Shown: positions 50,532 through 62,000 of the stretch, one piece after another | How positions within the stretch are numbered: the stretch's first letter is position 1 | Layout: every line of letters starts with the position of its first letter | Assembly: GCA_049999805.1 (NCBI GenBank) | Contig: JBNGIO010006345.1 | Location: 1-64,000 of the forward strand | Reading direction: 5' to 3' | Source: Folioceros fuciformis | Taxonomy: Eukaryota | DNA: 64,000 nucleotides | Notes under the pieces: generated by a model | Told to the model about the DNA's origin: nothing | The model's input: only the letters and a program-made list of their open reading frames with translations | The model's database searches: none | Program-made: the position numbers and the translations under genes

Positions 50532-51967
50532 CTCTGTTGCTGAGCACCTCACTTGAAGCATGGCCACTGTAGAGCAGCCTCTGATATTACTTCCGAGTTG
50601 TGACCAAAGTTGCTTTTGTTTCTCTCAAAGATTCAAGGGTTGTGGCTGGGTGACGCTTCTGATGGGGAAACCGGTTGAATCTCTGAGCAACTGACACAGA
50701 GGATGGGTAATCCTTCTCGTACAACGGTGAGGTTAGTATCCACTGCTTGCTGATAATGGGCAACCGACCGGTAAGGTTGCTCTAAAGTCTCCGATGAACT
50801 TTTCTGCATTAACCTCATCCTGCCAGTTCAATTCTAGCTCCTTCTGCTTGGCACAAAGCTTTCTCGAAATGCAGGGTCACAAGTCTCCCGAGATGGCCCC
50901 CTTTCTCGCCGTGACCTGTCAGTCCCGAGTGGTTAGTGTGTATGGATCTTGCGACGAATCAAAACCAGTGGTGTTCTTGAACTTCCCTCTCCAATCCATT
51001 TGACTCTGCCAATCTGAAAGTTGAACATAGCAGTAAAGATTACCGTGAGATGTTGTGTCGGCCTCGCTTGAGTTTCCAACTCAGTCGACTGGTGAGTCCT
51101 ATCCAACTTGTCCAGGTCCGTCCAATAGATGTGTGATGCGGCATCCTTCTTGTCCAGTTTTCACGGAGGTTGGTGCGTAGCGTAGGAAGGTATGCAGGAA
51201 GAGAATCATACGCCTCAAAAGAATTTCGGGAGTCCAGTCCACACTCCGTAAATGGAAAAACGGATGAGACCCCAGCCGGCATACTTTTTAACAAAACAAG
51301 ATCATGGTAACCAACAACATCATAGTGGTAAGCACTCGAAATCTCGAGTTTCGCTAGTATATCCCTTCTTGCCGAAAGTCATTTCTTTTGTTTCTTTTGT
51401 TTTTAGAATGTCATATCATTGACCCAAAATTGAATTCATCACTTATCGACTACAACTCATTACTCACCCATTACGCTATGCTCAAATGGCTTAATCTAAA
51501 TGGACACATCTTTATAAGACCCTGCTGCCACCTAGTACAATTTTTGTTCTCATGTACCTCCTTGGTGTATTGTTTTCCATGTTGTAAAGTTATAAATAAT
51601 ATTTTCTTATTTTACTCCACTGTGCTTTGTCAACTCCATAAGTGGGCAAGCAAGCTATTGCTTCAAGTTGTCCTTCTCATGTTTTGACATGTTCTACTTT
51701 TCCTCATGTGCTATTCTTAACACCACCAATTTTTGTACCTTGAAGACTTTGGTTACTTTTGTCATAAATTACTAATAAATATATTAATAAGAAATTTCAA
51801 AAAAGAAGACAGTTAGGGCTAAATACTTTATAGTCTAGAATTGCAAGCCATTGCTCCACCACTAAGGAATCCCTCCTTCTCTCTTTTACTATTTCATGAG
51901 ATGACATATGTTATAACTTGAAACAGACAAAAAAAAAAGAAAAAGAAGTCTTTCACTTATTTACGAT

Positions 51968-52080
51968 GTGATATATTCTACAACCTTTAAACAAAAAAAC
52001 TAAAGCGAAATAAAATTATCATGACGTGATATATTCTACAACCTTTAAAAAAAAAAAAAGCGGAATAAAATTATCATGGC
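51968..52080. repeat. Two ~58-bp direct copies (GTGATATATTCTACAACCTTTAAA...AATAAAATTATCATG)
   Basis: Read directly. Confidence 0.8.
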
Positions 52081-52155
52081 TCCCATCACGTAGGGTTATC
52101 CATTATGGTTTTGGAAGAGCAAAACCGAGTTTTATAATCCTAACATTGGATGTGA

Positions 52156-52227
52156 AGGAGGCAACCAGGATTGAACTGATGACCTATCGGACTGCAGCCG
52201 ATTGCTCTACCACTGAGCTATACCTCC
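52156..52227 (-). tRNA. trnC-GCA: tRNA-Cys (GCA)
   Basis: Reverse complement GGAGGTATAGCTCAGTGGTAGAGCAATCGGCTGCAGTCCGATAGGTCATCAGTTCAATCCTGGTTGCCTCCT folds into a full cloverleaf with anticodon GCA and a U discriminator. Confidence 0.93.
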
Positions 52228-52380
52228 ATGTGCTGCAAAACGTTGCGTACAAAATTAACTTTATACTAGTTTTCAAGGATATTATGGAACCGGCTCCACA
52301 GACAACGGGAACAGACATATAAGTGATGACGTGCAAGACACAATTCCGGTTTGTTATGTTCGATGCATTTCACAGCTGGA

Positions 52381-55053
52381 TCAATGCCGATCACCGCATG
52401 AACAAGAACCATCCAGGAAACGGTGAACTCGGTGAGCATCCCTAACCACGATCTCTCGCTTTTCAAGCCGTGATAAGATCTTGGTGCTACTATGGCAGTC
52501 AATACACATGCGCAGGTTCTTGGTGACCACCAAAGTGGTGCCATGTTGGATGTTGAGCAGCCCGTAAGCCAACGCCAGTTTCTCTGCATGCCCACACAAG
52601 GCATCTTCCTTCTGCTGCTCAGGCACTCGTTTCAGGACCAATTCTGTTCGTGGTACATGCCCACCTTCCTCCTGTAACCTCAGGCTCACACTCTTCACCT
52701 TTGATGAGATGTCAGATCTTTCTTCCCCTACGGTGAATTCATGCACTTTCTTCTGCACTTCTATGCACGCCTTTGCAGGCTTCTTCCAAGCACCTGCAGT
52801 CCGTCTCAGGCTTTCGATTTCATCTGCATCCTTCCACCTGCCTGCATTGGCGTAGATATTGCCCAGGAGAACGTATGCAGTTGCATTTTGAGGTTCCGAT
52901 CTCACCAGCATGTTGAAACATCGCCGTCCACGTTCTACATCACCGTAGCCTTTACACGCACTCAGCAAACAAGTCCAGCCAACCGTGTCCTTCTCGAATG
53001 GCATCCTCCGGAGGAAATCTTCTGCCTCGTCAAGATGGCCTGACCTCCCGAGAATATCGACAATGCAACTGTAGTGATAGTCGGTGGGCACGATGCCGTG
53101 CTCGTCCACCATTGCTTTGTAATACTTCAAGCCCTCATCCACCAGGCCTGCATGACTGCACGCCACGAGAAGGCAGGTGAAGGTTGTCTCATCTGGCTCA
53201 ATACCTTCCTCACACATGTCGTGGAAACACTGTATTGCCATCTCACCATCGCAGTGCTCAGCATAGCCTTTGATCATGGCGGTCCATGACACACGACTTC
53301 TGACTGGCAACCTGTCAAAAACTCCACGGGCATCCTCCAGGCTCCCACATTTTGCATACATGTCCACCAACGAGCTGCCAATAAACAAGTCGCCTTCCAG
53401 CCGTTGCTTCTTGATAAGGGAATGAAGCTCCCTTCCCTGATGGAGAGCTCCAACACTAGCACAAGCTTGGACAAGGCACGAGAGGGTCACAGAATCCAGT
53501 GGAGCCATGTCTTCCAGCTGCATACTGGCATAAAGAGCAAGAGCTTCCTTTCCACGTTCGTTGTGAGCATATCCTGACAGCATGCTTGTCCATGATACCA
53601 CATCCCTTACAACTAACCTGTCAAACACACTGCGAGCGTCGTCCACTCTTCCACATTTTGCATACATGTCCACCAGGCAGTTACATAGGACTAAATCACC
53701 CTCCCAACCTCGTTGCTTCATCTGCTCATGAAGCTGCTTCCCCTGCTCCAGATCTCTCACACTGGCACATACTTGAAGCAGGCACACGAATGTGCCATGG
53801 CTCGCTGCAATGCGACCCTCCTGCTGCATACGCGCGTACAGAGCCAGGGCTTCCCGACCTTGCCCTTGCTGTCCATATCCTCCCATCATAGCGTTCCATG
53901 TCACAACATCTCTCACAGGCTGCAATTTGTTGAACACACCCAGTGCATCCTTCAAGCTCCCACACTTTGCGTACATGCTCACCAGACAGTTGCCAACCTG
54001 CGGATCAGTTTCAAAGCCTCTTTCGCGAACGTGCGCATGAATGCGCCTCCCCTGCTGCAGGTCCCCCACACTAGCACACGCTTGAAGCAGGCAAACAAAT
54101 GTGACACGGTTGCCTGGAGTCATACCTTCCTCTTGCATGCGCTCATACAGAGCCAAGGCATGTTGGCCACGCCCCTGCTGCGTGTACCCTGCTATCATGG
54201 CAGTCCATGTCACCACATCCCTTGTTGGCAGATGATCAAACACTATGCGAGCCTCCTCTAAGCTCCCACACTTTGCATACATGCTGACCAGGCTGTTCCC
54301 AACGAACAAATTGTCCTTCATCGGACTCTCCAAAACGTCAGCATGGATTTCTTTGCCTCCAGCTACGTCCCCTGCACTGGCACAAGCCTTGAGGACAGCC
54401 ACAAATATGTGGCCATCCGGCTTCAAAGACGAGGACTCTCGCATCTGTCGGTACAGACCTAAGGCCTCCACGGCCTCTCCATGCCGAGCATGTGCCAGTA
54501 TAATGCTGGCCCAGAGATGGGCATCCGGCTCGGCCACTTTGGCAAACACGTGAACCGCATCCTGCACCTTCCCATGAGCGGCGTACATAGTGACGAAATG
54601 GGTGGCCAAGAATGCATTCGACTCAAACCCACTACTCAGAGCAGCAGCATGAACTCGCCTTCCCATAGCCAGATCCTTGCGTGCTATGCACTTCTTGAGA
54701 ACGCAGTACAAGATCTCCTTCCTTTTAGTATGACTGTAACGTCCTCCCTGCTGCAGTAAAAGGTCCAGGGCTTCCACTGCCTCACCCAGCTCTCCTTCAC
54801 AACAGCGTTTCTCCAACTCTTCAGCAACCATGTTCCTGGTATCCGCCCAACTACGCTTTTTCTTGAGTTGGATGTCAGCCCGCAGCCCCAGCCCCTCCAT
54901 GTATGCATTGTGCCTGAAGTCCGGATGCCCGAGTGCCTTCTTGTTCCCCCTGTTGCTCTCTCCAGAAAGAGCCCAAAGGCTTCCATCCACCAAATAACTT
55001 TTCTGCAGAGCCCAAGCCCTTCCATCCACCGAGAAACCTGGCCCGACGAGCAT
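52381..55053 (-). CDS. PLS-PPR DYW:KP protein (DRH terminus) with a degenerate N-terminal PDF motif; start uncertain
   Basis: NRGNKKALGHPDFRH...EGLGL, PLS triplets, WKKPAKACIE, HAEKLA, CIDCH, CSCGDRH. First in-frame ATG is at 55053. Confidence 0.94.
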   Translation of the reverse strand: MLVGPGFSVDGRAWALQKSYLVDGSLWALSGESNRGNKKALGHPDFRHNAYMEGLGLRADIQLKKKRSWADTRNMVAEELEKRCCEGELGEAVEALDLLLQQGGRYSHTKRKEILYCVLKKCIARKDLAMGRRVHAAALSSGFESNAFLATHFVTMYAAHGKVQDAVHVFAKVAEPDAHLWASIILAHARHGEAVEALGLYRQMRESSSLKPDGHIFVAVLKACASAGDVAGGKEIHADVLESPMKDNLFVGNSLVSMYAKCGSLEEARIVFDHLPTRDVVTWTAMIAGYTQQGRGQHALALYERMQEEGMTPGNRVTFVCLLQACASVGDLQQGRRIHAHVRERGFETDPQVGNCLVSMYAKCGSLKDALGVFNKLQPVRDVVTWNAMMGGYGQQGQGREALALYARMQQEGRIAASHGTFVCLLQVCASVRDLEQGKQLHEQMKQRGWEGDLVLCNCLVDMYAKCGRVDDARSVFDRLVVRDVVSWTSMLSGYAHNERGKEALALYASMQLEDMAPLDSVTLSCLVQACASVGALHQGRELHSLIKKQRLEGDLFIGSSLVDMYAKCGSLEDARGVFDRLPVRSRVSWTAMIKGYAEHCDGEMAIQCFHDMCEEGIEPDETTFTCLLVACSHAGLVDEGLKYYKAMVDEHGIVPTDYHYSCIVDILGRSGHLDEAEDFLRRMPFEKDTVGWTCLLSACKGYGDVERGRRCFNMLVRSEPQNATAYVLLGNIYANAGRWKDADEIESLRRTAGAWKKPAKACIEVQKKVHEFTVGEERSDISSKVKSVSLRLQEEGGHVPRTELVLKRVPEQQKEDALCGHAEKLALAYGLLNIQHGTTLVVTKNLRMCIDCHSSTKILSRLEKREIVVRDAHRVHRFLDGSCSCGDRH

Positions 55054-56368
55054 GGCTTCACAATAAGCACTGCTGCTGCTGGATGACAAGAATGCGTGAA
55101 GCCGGAATTCCTATGCGCCTAGGGGTAGCGGCTATTCCCATTTCCGTCGTACAGCATGCTCATTTTCCTTGACAGATCTCTCAGGTTGACAGACATCTTG
55201 GCAGTTGAGATACTCCCACTGGCTCGCTGCCCCTCCGACATCCAGAACCTGGGCGCAAGCTGTACTTCGTTGTGTGGAGATCTGCATTTGAGCCAGGCAA
55301 ACAGCTTAGCCGAAGCTGTCATGGTGGGTACCCAACAAAATGGTGGCTTGACAGGGATTGTAGTAAGATCTTAGACTTGCCCAACGTCATTGGAAAGTTG
55401 GACGCCATCGAGCCGCCAGCTCGCCAAAGGGAACGTCTGGCCCTGGACCACATCTCCAAGGCGGCTCCGGTGGATGTTCAGCTAGCTGCTTTAGATATGG
55501 ATATGAAATCCATATGGGTAGTTGTGTCTCCACATCCACTCTCGCCACTTTACTGACGATGTCTGCAAAATGCAACATCCTGACCGTCACCCGCATGGAG
55601 ACTGCGAAGAACATCCCTTTCACCCGCAGCATGAGGAAGGATAGCATCCAGGTACATTGACAAAAAAATTCTTGATGTATTGTTGTACATGCAGGCCTGG
55701 TTACTGAGTAAGGAAGGATCTTCAGTGTACGCAGACGTGTGTTTTAGTCCACCTGAATGAACTTTCCAACCTATGCTCCCTTCTACGTCTACACTCGACT
55801 GTGATCACAAATTGGAATTGCGGTCTAGTCACGGAGTTGCTGCATCTAGCGTCACGGTCCTTGCTGCTGTGCCCCTAGAAGTCTAGCTGCTTCAGAGTTT
55901 GATTGAATCTCAAGAGGGAGAATGCAGTGGAGTTGGGATTCCCTCTTGCACGACTCCAGGTCGTGCTTGACCTGCAAATCATCGCACTTGCCTTTGATTC
56001 ACCCAAAGCAACAGGGCCTCCGGAGAATGTTGTTCAGAACCTCTTCGAAAGGGTGGGAGCCAGGGAACCTTGTGGGGCCAGCACGTTTGACAGCAAACTC
56101 TTGCCACATGCAGCGGAGGAGGAGAGCCCGCTTCCCTGACGTCCGGCTGGTAAGCAGTCCGGATAGGTCAGACTGTTACGTTAGAGGCCGTTGAATGACA
56201 TCTTCTAACCAAAGCAGGCAGCTGCGGATGATTCTGGTGCTGACAGGCCTTGTCTTGTCCATGCACCTCCACACTACCTGCATGTCCGAATGGTGTCGTC
56301 ACACACAGTACCGGGGCATTCTCCCGCAGTGTGTTGCTGGACTCATCTTCCGACAGCGGTCCTGAAGG

Positions 56369-59300
56369 ATGGCTACGGTATCGCAACCGGAACCGTTCTC
56401 GACTCGACAAATTGAGGTATGTACACTGATTCCAGGAGCTCCCGCTCACCTGAGCTCCTTAGGGAGTCAACAGATGGCAAGCAAAGCCTCCAGATGCAGC
56501 AGTATAAGGAGATCAACACTTCCAGTTGGTCGTTTCCAGCGGCAGGAGCACTTGTGGGGGGACAACAGACGAGATCAGAAGAGCTCCCGTTCCCCTTTCA
56601 TCCGGCAAGGGGGGTCTGGCGAGGTCCTGTGCTTAAACAACATGTGTAGGCCAGCTTGGGTTGATGAGCAGGTCGTTTCCTTGGATATTCAGATGGGTAT
56701 TGGTGCCTCTCCTTCCGAGTCAAACTCTCCACATAAGCCTGAACCTGGCAGGCGTGCAGGTTCAGGAATGGGAGTCGCTCCGGCTGTAACTGTGAGCACG
56801 TTGTGTCAGCAGGGGAAGCTTGCTGAGGCAGTTGGAGCCCTGGAATCTCTGGCGCATGCAGGCCCTGCTATTTCTCAGTCTCTGGTTTGCACTTTGCTGA
56901 AATTGTGCACACATAAGAAGGATTTGGTTGTGGGGCGACGACTTCATGATCTCACTGTCAAACTTGGATACGAGTCGAATGCATACCTGGGGAACCATGT
57001 CTTGCGCATGTATGCATGTGGAGGTAGTCTGCAGGAGGCTATGGATGTGTTCAGCAGGATGGTCAAACCAAATGTCATTACGTGGGGTTCTATCATCTTT
57101 GCATGTGCTAAACATGGGAAACCTTACGAGGCCATACAACTATATCATGAGATGCGCAGGTCAGGAATCAGGGCGAATGGTCACGTCTTTGTAGCTGCCC
57201 TTCAGGCCTGTGCACTTGCGGCTGACTTAGAATGTGGCAGAAGGGTGCACCGCGACGTGGTGGGCAGTGGCATTCCTACTAACTTGTTTGTTGGCAACTG
57301 CCTGGTGGACATGTATGTAAAATGTGGCGACCTGAATGATGCACGCCAGGTTTTCGACAGCATGGCCACAAAGAATGTAGTGACATGGACTGCCCTGATA
57401 GCTGGGTATACCCAGCATGGGCTCGGGCTAGAGGCGCTTGCTCTGTATAATCGAATGGAGCAGGAGGGCCTGATTTTCGCTAACCATGTGACGTTTGCTT
57501 GCCTTCTGAAGGCCTGTGCAAGCACTGGTGCCTTACAAAAGGGTAGGCAGCTGCACTCACAGATTGTGGGAAGAGGACTTCTGGATAACGTAATCTTGGG
57601 CAACTGCCTGGTGGAAATGTATGCAAAATGTGGCAAACTGGAAGAGGCACGCCAGGTTTTTAACAGGATGAACACAAAGGATGTCGTTACTTGGACGGTG
57701 CTGATTGCTGCGTATTCAAAATGTGAACCTGCTAAGCACGGGAAACCTAACGAGGCCATACAACTCTACCGTGAGATGCGTAGGTCAGGAGTGAAAGCGA
57801 ATAGTCACGTCTTTGTGGCTGTCCTTCAGGCTTGCGCATTCGCCACAGACTTGGAATCTGGCAGAAAAGTGCACTGTGATTTGTTGAACAGTGACACTCC
57901 TGCTAACTTGTTTGTTGGTAACTGCCTGGTGGACATGTATGCAAAATGTGGGGAACTGAAAGATGCTCGCCAGGTGTTTGAAAGCATGGCTGAAAAGGAT
58001 GTGGTGACATGGAATGCCCTGATTTCTGGGTACGGGCAGCAAGGACTCTGCCAACAGGCGCTTGCTTTGTATGGACAAATGGAGGAGACGGGCCTCACTT
58101 TGGCCGACCGTTTCACTTTTGCCTGCCTTCTGAAGGCTTGTGCAAGCACTGGTGCCCTACAGAAGGGCAGGCAGCTGCACTCACAGATCATCGAGAGAGA
58201 ACTGCTGGATGATGTAGTGGTGGGTAACTGCCTGGTGGACATGTATACAAAATGCGGTGAACTGGAAGACGCACGTCAGGTGTTTGACAGCTTGGCCACA
58301 AAGGATGTGGTGACATGGACAGCGCTGATCGCCGGGTATGCACAGCAAGGACTCGGCCAAGAGGCGCTTGTTGTATATAGGCAAATGGAGGAGGCGGGCC
58401 TCGTTTTGGCTGATCATGTAACTTTTTCTTGCCTTTTGAAGGCCTGTGGAAGCACTGGTGCCTTACGAAAGGGCAAGCAGTTTCACGCACAGATTGTTAA
58501 AAGAGGACTTCGGGATGACGTTGTGCTGGGCAACTCCCTGGTGGACATGTATGCCAAATGTGGTGAACTGGAAGATGCACGCCAGGTTTTTGACAGCATG
58601 AACACAAGGAATGTGGTGACATGGAATACTCTGATCGCTGGGTATGCACAGCAAGGGCTCAGACATGAAGCGCTTGTCTTGTATGAACAGATGGAGCAGG
58701 AGGGGGTGATGTTAGCTGACCGTGTCACTTTTGCTTGCCTTCTAAAGGCGTGTGCAAGCACTGGTGCCTTACAGAAGGGCAGGCAGCTGCACTCTCAGAT
58801 TGTTGAAAGAGGTCTGCTGGATGACGTAGTGCTGGGCAACTGCCTCGTGGACATGTACGCAAAGTGTGGTGAAGTGGATGATGCACGCGGGATTTTTGAA
58901 AGCTTAGCCTCAAAGGATGTGGCGACATGGAATGCCCTGATATCTGGGTACGGTGCTAATGATGATGGTCATAGAGCACTCGCTTGTTTTGATGAGATGC
59001 TAGTTGCCGGTATTCGGCCTAATGGTGCTACGTTTACTTGCCTTCTAGTAGCATGCAGTCATGAGGGACTGGTCGACGAGGGTCGCGAACACTTCGATTC
59101 CATGGCTGCAGAGCATGGCGTCGAACCTACTACGGAGCATTACAATTGCATGATCGATCTTCTTGGGCGTGCCGGCCATTTACATGAGGCAGAGCAGGTG
59201 CTATTATCATGTGACTGGCAAAGTAATGTTGTGGGCTTGACGGCTTTGTTGAATGCCTGCAAGAATCACGGGGATATAGAGAGGGCTGTGTGGTGTTTTG

Positions 59301-59833
59301 AACGAATTGTCAGGCTGGAGCCTCAAGGAGCGTCTGCCTATATGCTCATGGCCAATGCCTACGCAGAGGCAGGTCAGTGGACCGACGTAGACAGGATTGA
59401 GACACACAGAGTGGTAGCCAGAGCTAACAAGAAACCTGCAGTGGCGACCATCGAGGTGAACAATCAGGTTCATCGGTTCCTGGTGGGAGAAAGGAGAGAG
59501 GACATTGCTCTCAAGGTAGAGAGCACGAATGCACGTGTGAAGCAGGAAGGAGGCCACGTACCTGACACAAAGCTGGTGTTGAAGCCAGTGTGTGAGAAGG
59601 AAAAGGAAGATGCGCTTTGCGGGCATGCTGAGAAGCTAGCTCTGGCGTTTGGTCTCTTGAACACTCCGAGTGGGACACCTCTGGTTGTCACGAAGAATCT
59701 ACGCATGTGCAGTGACTGCCACAGTTCCACGGAGATCATGTCAAGACTGGAGCAGAGACACATCGTTGTGAGGGACGGGTACCGTGTGCATCGATTCTCA
59801 GCTGGATGTTGCAGTTGTAAGGGTCGACCGTGA
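56369..59833 (+). CDS. Long PLS-PPR DYW:KP protein (GRP terminus) with a vestigial PDF motif; true start may be 56474
   Basis: LWGDNRRDQKSSRSPFIR...LCL...PAWV, about 23 PLS motifs, KKPAVATIE, HAEKLA, CSDCH, CSCKGRP. Confidence 0.95.
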   Translation: MATVSQPEPFSTRQIEVCTLIPGAPAHLSSLGSQQMASKASRCSSIRRSTLPVGRFQRQEHLWGDNRRDQKSSRSPFIRQGGSGEVLCLNNMCRPAWVDEQVVSLDIQMGIGASPSESNSPHKPEPGRRAGSGMGVAPAVTVSTLCQQGKLAEAVGALESLAHAGPAISQSLVCTLLKLCTHKKDLVVGRRLHDLTVKLGYESNAYLGNHVLRMYACGGSLQEAMDVFSRMVKPNVITWGSIIFACAKHGKPYEAIQLYHEMRRSGIRANGHVFVAALQACALAADLECGRRVHRDVVGSGIPTNLFVGNCLVDMYVKCGDLNDARQVFDSMATKNVVTWTALIAGYTQHGLGLEALALYNRMEQEGLIFANHVTFACLLKACASTGALQKGRQLHSQIVGRGLLDNVILGNCLVEMYAKCGKLEEARQVFNRMNTKDVVTWTVLIAAYSKCEPAKHGKPNEAIQLYREMRRSGVKANSHVFVAVLQACAFATDLESGRKVHCDLLNSDTPANLFVGNCLVDMYAKCGELKDARQVFESMAEKDVVTWNALISGYGQQGLCQQALALYGQMEETGLTLADRFTFACLLKACASTGALQKGRQLHSQIIERELLDDVVVGNCLVDMYTKCGELEDARQVFDSLATKDVVTWTALIAGYAQQGLGQEALVVYRQMEEAGLVLADHVTFSCLLKACGSTGALRKGKQFHAQIVKRGLRDDVVLGNSLVDMYAKCGELEDARQVFDSMNTRNVVTWNTLIAGYAQQGLRHEALVLYEQMEQEGVMLADRVTFACLLKACASTGALQKGRQLHSQIVERGLLDDVVLGNCLVDMYAKCGEVDDARGIFESLASKDVATWNALISGYGANDDGHRALACFDEMLVAGIRPNGATFTCLLVACSHEGLVDEGREHFDSMAAEHGVEPTTEHYNCMIDLLGRAGHLHEAEQVLLSCDWQSNVVGLTALLNACKNHGDIERAVWCFERIVRLEPQGASAYMLMANAYAEAGQWTDVDRIETHRVVARANKKPAVATIEVNNQVHRFLVGERREDIALKVESTNARVKQEGGHVPDTKLVLKPVCEKEKEDALCGHAEKLALAFGLLNTPSGTPLVVTKNLRMCSDCHSSTEIMSRLEQRHIVVRDGYRVHRFSAGCCSCKGRP

Positions 59834-62000
59834 GAAGAAGAAGCCGGAATGAAATCCGCTTTCAGTCAGCTTACAGCTTAGGGTTGAGTGTCTGCTGTTC
59901 TCAAAATAAATAATCATTCTTTCATAGTGTGTCGGTCAGGCTGTGTTCACGCCACCCACGTGCAGTGCAGAAAGGAAGAAGATACCAACATACAGTACAT
60001 ATTGATCATAACTTTTTGTGGTTGCGTGATTCTGGCATCACCAAGTGTATAAGAGCCGGGATGTGCACTGTACGAACCTCTTAAAGGAAGTTGGTATCGG
60101 TACAGTACCGCAATCCGACCTGGAGATGGTCACATCCAATAGTTTATTAAAAAGCGGCACGGGATTCCAAACTTTTTGAAAATCAAAGTGGCGGGCCCGA
60201 CAGGCCCTGTCGACGTACTGCCCATCAAACAAGGGTTAACCTACGTAACGGAATTCCTCTCTAAATGCCACCTTCGATTCTACTCCAAGGATTAAATGGA
60301 ATATTTTCCTGAATTGAATTATGTTTAACATCAATTTTATCTATTTAAAATATATTATTATTATAAAATAAACCCAAAGCTTTTAATTGTCTTGTAATTT
60401 TTTTCTGGAAATAATAACTTTGTCTCATTATAAAGACCGCAGCGTGACTAAAGGGCAAAAGAAAATTGCGTATCATGATATACTCTAGTGCCATGAAAGA
60501 TTAGAGGTACCAAATACTTAATAAATACCACATGATAAAATAAAAAAATTAGAATTTTTAAAGATCTTCAGGAATTACAGGATCAGTCATCTTATCAAAG
60601 TATCACTATTAAAAATTAATCATTATTAAAAATTAAATTATATTGTGGCACAATAAATTTATAAATGTGATTAATACTTTTTTTTCAATAAGGGGATACA
60701 TGTTTGTATTGCTGATGTGGTTGTTATGGGTCCCATTAAGGATTTGATCAGCGAGCACATCATCATAACCTCTGGTTAGACAGCGGAGGGTTATGCAAGC
60801 CCAAAAGTGCATAAGTATTTTCCCCTGACGGTATACTTGCATCCCCTTAGTCTTGAGACTCATGGGCTATAGCAAGGACTTTTCAACGTTTATTCGAGAG
60901 TGCACCAAGGTTTATCAGAGTCCTTATGCGCCAAGGTTTATCAGAGCCTAAGGAATGGTGTTCTTCCTCGTTTGTTTGTAGTGGCCTTGTTGCTCCAACA
61001 CGTATCCATTACTTTGCAAAGAACATTGGCTAATGTAGTTTTTACGCAGCAACAAGCATAGTCGAGCGGCTTCTTTGGGCACCTGTGGTGTGGTAGGTAG
61101 ATCTTTTGTTATTCGACATTATGACATTTTGGGAGCAATAGATAATTTTTGAGAATGATATTTGAAAGAGCTAATCCTTTTTTTGGCCTTTGGCCATGTT
61201 AGAGTTATTCCTTCAATCTTTCGAGTAAATGGGACTTCCCATCTCTTTTCTTCTCAAAAGAAAATATATACTTATGATTAGAACTCTTGTAAGATAAGTG
61301 CCTTCATAATTGTTACATGGATTCTTTAGAAAAATAACTTAAAAAATATATAAATATATAATATAATAAAAGTTTACAAAAAATCTTATAGTCCAGTATG
61401 ATGTAGACCCATATTCCATGCCATTGAAGCCCTTGCGAGTTCCGCAAGACTGCCGAGCGGCACAACTGACGCTTTGTTTATTCATAAACTACATCCCATT
61501 CATTGAGCCTTTATTTATCCCATTAACCCTCCAATCTTTGGAGTATTTGTTTTTGCCTTTGGTCCTAATGAAGTTTGTTCTCCAATCTTTGGAGTACTTT
61601 TTTTTTTTTTTTTTTTGCCTCTGGCCCTAATAGGTTGTTCCTCGAATCTTTGGAATAGATGGGGCTTTCCAATCTCTTTTTTAATCATAAAAAATACTCT
61701 TTCGTGGTAGATTCATTAAAGGTTGTATGATATAAATGTGTAAATATAAAACATAGCTCCTGAATGTCCGTGTCACCACCCGAATGGCTATCGTCGTCCC
61801 CGGAGTTGTTTCCCGTTCTCGGGGACTGACCGGACGGCATGGCAAGATGGGATAGGGCTGAATTAGGGTCCTGATTGTGAAGAGGCTCTGGAGTCCTCAG
61901 GGAATGCGCAGTTGATTTGCTGGGTACAATTGTCGTGGGGATGTCAACTTTTTCTCTGAGAACTGCATGGGCGCGCTACCAAAATCAAAATCTCTCTATC

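Noticed and set aside
55300-56450. Small spliced minus-strand gene between the divergent PPR genes
   Set aside because: One protein-like exon candidate (IVSKVARVDVETQLPIW...) but no coherent model; may be UTR.
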